IMG/VR virus record: IMGVR_UViG_3300022745_000018
Span: 64,001-128,000 of that record
Source of the DNA: a virus
Strand: one strand, 5' to 3'
DNA: 64,000 nucleotides
Shown: positions 61,462 to 64,000 of the stretch, one piece after another
Layout of the letters: each line of letters starts with the position of its first letter
Position numbering within the stretch: the stretch's first letter is position 1
Position numbers and translations under genes: made by a program
Notes under the pieces: model-generated
The model's input: only the letters and a program-made list of their open reading frames with translations
The model's database searches: none
Told to the model about the DNA's origin: nothing

Positions 61462-62916
61462 TTATGCCGTCTTTGACCAATAGTCCTGCATCTGGACTTT
61501 GGAGAATGAAGATTCGTTGTTTCTGACCATCAGAATACCATCTGGTTGACTTGATGATCCGTTAGATCCAACGATAGTTGGTGGACTAGACACGATGATC
61601 GGTTGTTGATTCTGAGTGGCTGGTCTCATGACAACTGAATCTCTTTGTTGGTTCAGGTTATCAATAGACTGGACAAAGTTTCCTTTTGATGGAGTGATTG
61701 CTTTTTGTCCAGCATCTTCATTAAGCAGATCGTAGATAGCTCCACCAAATGTATTCTGTCTGCCAGACACCACTGACGACAGTGCATCCAACCCTGGTGC
61801 TACAACACTAGATCCTAGACCAAAGCCAGCCATTCCAGCGGCACCTAAACCGATTGCTGGGATCTGAGCTATTGATGATAGAGTGCTCATTATTCCACCC
61901 ACCATCGTTGACCCCTCTGCTGCAGCAATACCGGTTTCAGCCGTCCCTTTCGGTAGCAACTTCTCTAGAGTTTTTGCGACGGTAGAGTCGACGACATCTG
62001 AACCAAACGTTCTTGCGGGTTTGATCATGCTATCGTTGACCATATCAATTGATCTGTCCACGATGGCTTTACCGGCGGAATAGGTTTTCGTCCCTTTCGC
62101 CTTCGTCTTTATTAACGAAACGATTTTATCAACGAATGTTGGTTTGTCGTCTTTCTTTGGTTGCTTCTCAACCACATCCGTGACGTCATTTTTATTTGTT
62201 CGAGACGCCAGCGTCTTTAAGACTTCGTCTTGTTTTCCAAACAAACCAGATTCAATTTTCTCTCTTTGATGTTCATAACGCAATTCTGGGTTGCGCTCTT
62301 CGATGGTATCATCCATCTCAATCATCAACTGATCTAACTGTTGCAGTTGACCTGACATCGTCTTCAGAGTTAGCGATGCTTCTTTAGTGTTCGTCGCGAT
62401 ACTAGTCAGTTGCTTCAGTTCGGCTTGACCGGTTGCACTTTGTGTCTGTTGAATTTGTTTTACGGATAGACCATCGCGCTTTAGGAAAGCATCGTACTTT
62501 TCATAGACTTCCTTGTGCTGCTCTCGATGTGCCGCAAAGTCTTTTGCATTCATCTTCCTACCAGAACTGAGGATCTTAACGATCTCGGATTTTCGTTCGT
62601 TTGCTTTTTCTGGTGTAGACGATTTTGTCTCGGTATCTGCAAACCGAGACTCTTTTGCTAAAGCTCTGTAGTTTTCTAGAATCTGAGCGGCAAGATCTCC
62701 CAAGACTGGTGATCTATCTGCTATGGAGTTCACTAGTCTGTCACCAAGCGGCGACATCATTAGAGATTTGAATGCACTCTCTAATGTAGGTTTCTTGATG
62801 ATATCTTCAATCGTGCCCTTTGTACCAGCCAGTTTTTCGCTGAACAGTTCTTTATGGGAATTGAAGATGTTTTTAGCGGTTAGACTAAGTGCTTCCCTAA
62901 TCAGTGCTGCACTCAT
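61462..62916 (-). CDS. Baseplate hub/tape-measure-like protein (gp29-like)
   Basis: Helical body, Gly/Ala-rich segment, C-terminal QQPIIVSSPPT...VRNNESSF motif. Confidence 0.5.
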   Translation of the reverse strand: MSAALIREALSLTAKNIFNSHKELFSEKLAGTKGTIEDIIKKPTLESAFKSLMMSPLGDRLVNSIADRSPVLGDLAAQILENYRALAKESRFADTETKSSTPEKANERKSEIVKILSSGRKMNAKDFAAHREQHKEVYEKYDAFLKRDGLSVKQIQQTQSATGQAELKQLTSIATNTKEASLTLKTMSGQLQQLDQLMIEMDDTIEERNPELRYEHQREKIESGLFGKQDEVLKTLASRTNKNDVTDVVEKQPKKDDKPTFVDKIVSLIKTKAKGTKTYSAGKAIVDRSIDMVNDSMIKPARTFGSDVVDSTVAKTLEKLLPKGTAETGIAAAEGSTMVGGIMSTLSSIAQIPAIGLGAAGMAGFGLGSSVVAPGLDALSSVVSGRQNTFGGAIYDLLNEDAGQKAITPSKGNFVQSIDNLNQQRDSVVMRPATQNQQPIIVSSPPTIVGSNGSSSQPDGILMVRNNESSFSKVQMQDYWSKTA

Positions 62917-62928
62917 TTGAATCCAATC

Positions 62929-63255
62929 TTAAATTGGGTACAACATGTACGAAGCTAATACATCAACTGAGGCTGCTACGGATGATTTTACTTTAAGTGA
63001 ATCGCCAGACTCCAAAACCAATTTCTGATCTGCCCCCGATGGTACAACAGATCTACCAGGAAGTAGATCTGTACCTTTTAGCAAATAGTAATCGGTACCG
63101 GCTCTAGTGATGTAAACGTCAACTAAGATGATGCCGTTTGTTATGTTGGATACAGTCAGTCCGATGATGGTTGTTGAATTACCAGCAGTGCCATCCAAGA
63201 CACTTACTCCAGATGTCCCGATAGAACCTGTTGGTTTTAGTTTGAATGCTGTCAT
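62929..63255 (-). CDS. Small virion structural protein
   Basis: TTIIGLTVSN...KLVLESGDSLKV.S....SVD...S motif typical of T4-like structural regions. Confidence 0.65.
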   Translation of the reverse strand: MTAFKLKPTGSIGTSGVSVLDGTAGNSTTIIGLTVSNITNGIILVDVYITRAGTDYYLLKGTDLLPGRSVVPSGADQKLVLESGDSLKVKSSVAASVDVLASYMLYPI

Positions 63256-63264
63256 TTATTTTCC

Positions 63265-63477
63265 TTAACTAAGAGCTACCGCTAAAGCCAAGGCATTGTC
63301 AGCCAATGTCGTTGCAGTCGTCGAGAACGTTGTCATAGTTACTCGAGTTTGGATATCGTCGTTGATGCTCTTCAGATTGGCATCAAATTCGGCATTCGTC
63401 AACGGCAAACCCTTCACCGCATCTGGTGCAGGTGGAGTCGTCCCGGAATTCGTTTCTCTGTATAGAATGTTAGCCAT
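63265..63477 (-). CDS. Small virion protein (KGLPLTNAEFDAN motif)
   Basis: Motif of fibre/structural N-termini; ALALAVAL C-terminus. Confidence 0.6.
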   Translation of the reverse strand: MANILYRETNSGTTPPAPDAVKGLPLTNAEFDANLKSINDDIQTRVTMTTFSTTATTLADNALALAVALS

Positions 63478-63478
63478 C

Positions 63479-63703
63479 TTAGACCTTATTGATCAATGCT
63501 TGCAACATTGATTCTATTTTTGTTAATCTATCATCCAATTTATTCACTTTGGAATGCAGTTCTTGTTGTTGGATTGCTTTAGCCATTTTGATGTCATGGG
63601 TGTATCTAGCATGATCGTCGTCTACCACCACCAACCCGGTATCTGTTCTGAAATGACCTGGGATTGGTACTCCATCTAAGCCAACAACTTTTACTGTTTT
63701 CAT
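63479..63703 (-). CDS. Small coiled-coil late protein
   Basis: Typical gene following a large structural gene. Confidence 0.6.
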   Translation of the reverse strand: MKTVKVVGLDGVPIPGHFRTDTGLVVVDDDHARYTHDIKMAKAIQQQELHSKVNKLDDRLTKIESMLQALINKV

Positions 63704-64000
63704 TAGCTTAACATGATTGCTCTGTAATCAGATATGATTGGTGGATCATATTGAGTATCTGACGTGAGAACGAACTTGATAGTGAATGTATCGAATTCAG
63801 AAATATCATCCAAGTAGAATTCGTACTCTTTAAATTCACCCTTCTTGGTTGATCTATTTCGTGTCACATCACAGTTCATCTTCTGCCAAGCAAATGTATT
63901 GTGAATCGTTCCAGTACTTGAATTGGATGTTCTCAAGTAGATATCGAATCCAGAAGAACTGTTGCTATATGCAGTCGCGATGATCCGTGCACCTTTTGAT
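63703..64000 (-). CDS. C-terminus of a large virion structural protein (DUF4815-like); starts beyond the window
   Basis: FKEYEF...FDTFTIKFVL.S.....PPIISDYRAI motif; frame appears open to the window end. Confidence 0.65.
   Translation of the reverse strand, partial: SKGARIIATAYSNSSSGFDIYLRTSNSSTGTIHNTFAWQKMNCDVTRNRSTKKGEFKEYEFYLDDISEFDTFTIKFVLTSDTQYDPPIISDYRAIMLS

Overview
Segment of a large T4-like (Tevenvirinae-related) myophage genome. Core genes are recognisable: gp30 ligase, RNase H, gp33, gp59, gp32, gp52 and gp39+60 topoisomerase, gp4, gp2, gp55, gp47, gp46 and dCMP deaminase. Most of the window is minus-strand early/middle accessory genes. It is interrupted by a plus-strand cassette of four tailspike/fibre-like genes (3963-13185) and ends in late structural genes. 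Accessory genes include likely counter-defence or repair functions: Rnl1 and DRB0094/Rnl2-type RNA ligases, a P-loop kinase, a metallophosphoesterase, an Acb1/gp57B-like 2H phosphoesterase, a macrodomain, an HD alarmone-hydrolase-like protein and a NadV + NadM-Nudix NAD salvage pair. There is also a PspA-like/TAXI envelope operon and a Walker-A-dead terminase paralogue. The most unusual region is 25.6-30.9 kb. It holds 18 tRNA genes (several structurally atypical) interleaved with a back-to-back array of non-coding units, each closed by a long terminal stem whose G.U pairs point to the minus strand. The array includes an anticodon-less tRNA-like RNA, a D-armless tRNA-Arg(UCU)-like RNA and a four-repeat potentially bistable unit. 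A free-standing endonuclease gene sits in the cluster beside a truncated tRNA. Three promoter classes are visible, including a non-T4 class with an ACYACA box 14-15 nt upstream of the -10 element (13 copies). All calls come from reading the sequence and recalling motifs; no searches were run.
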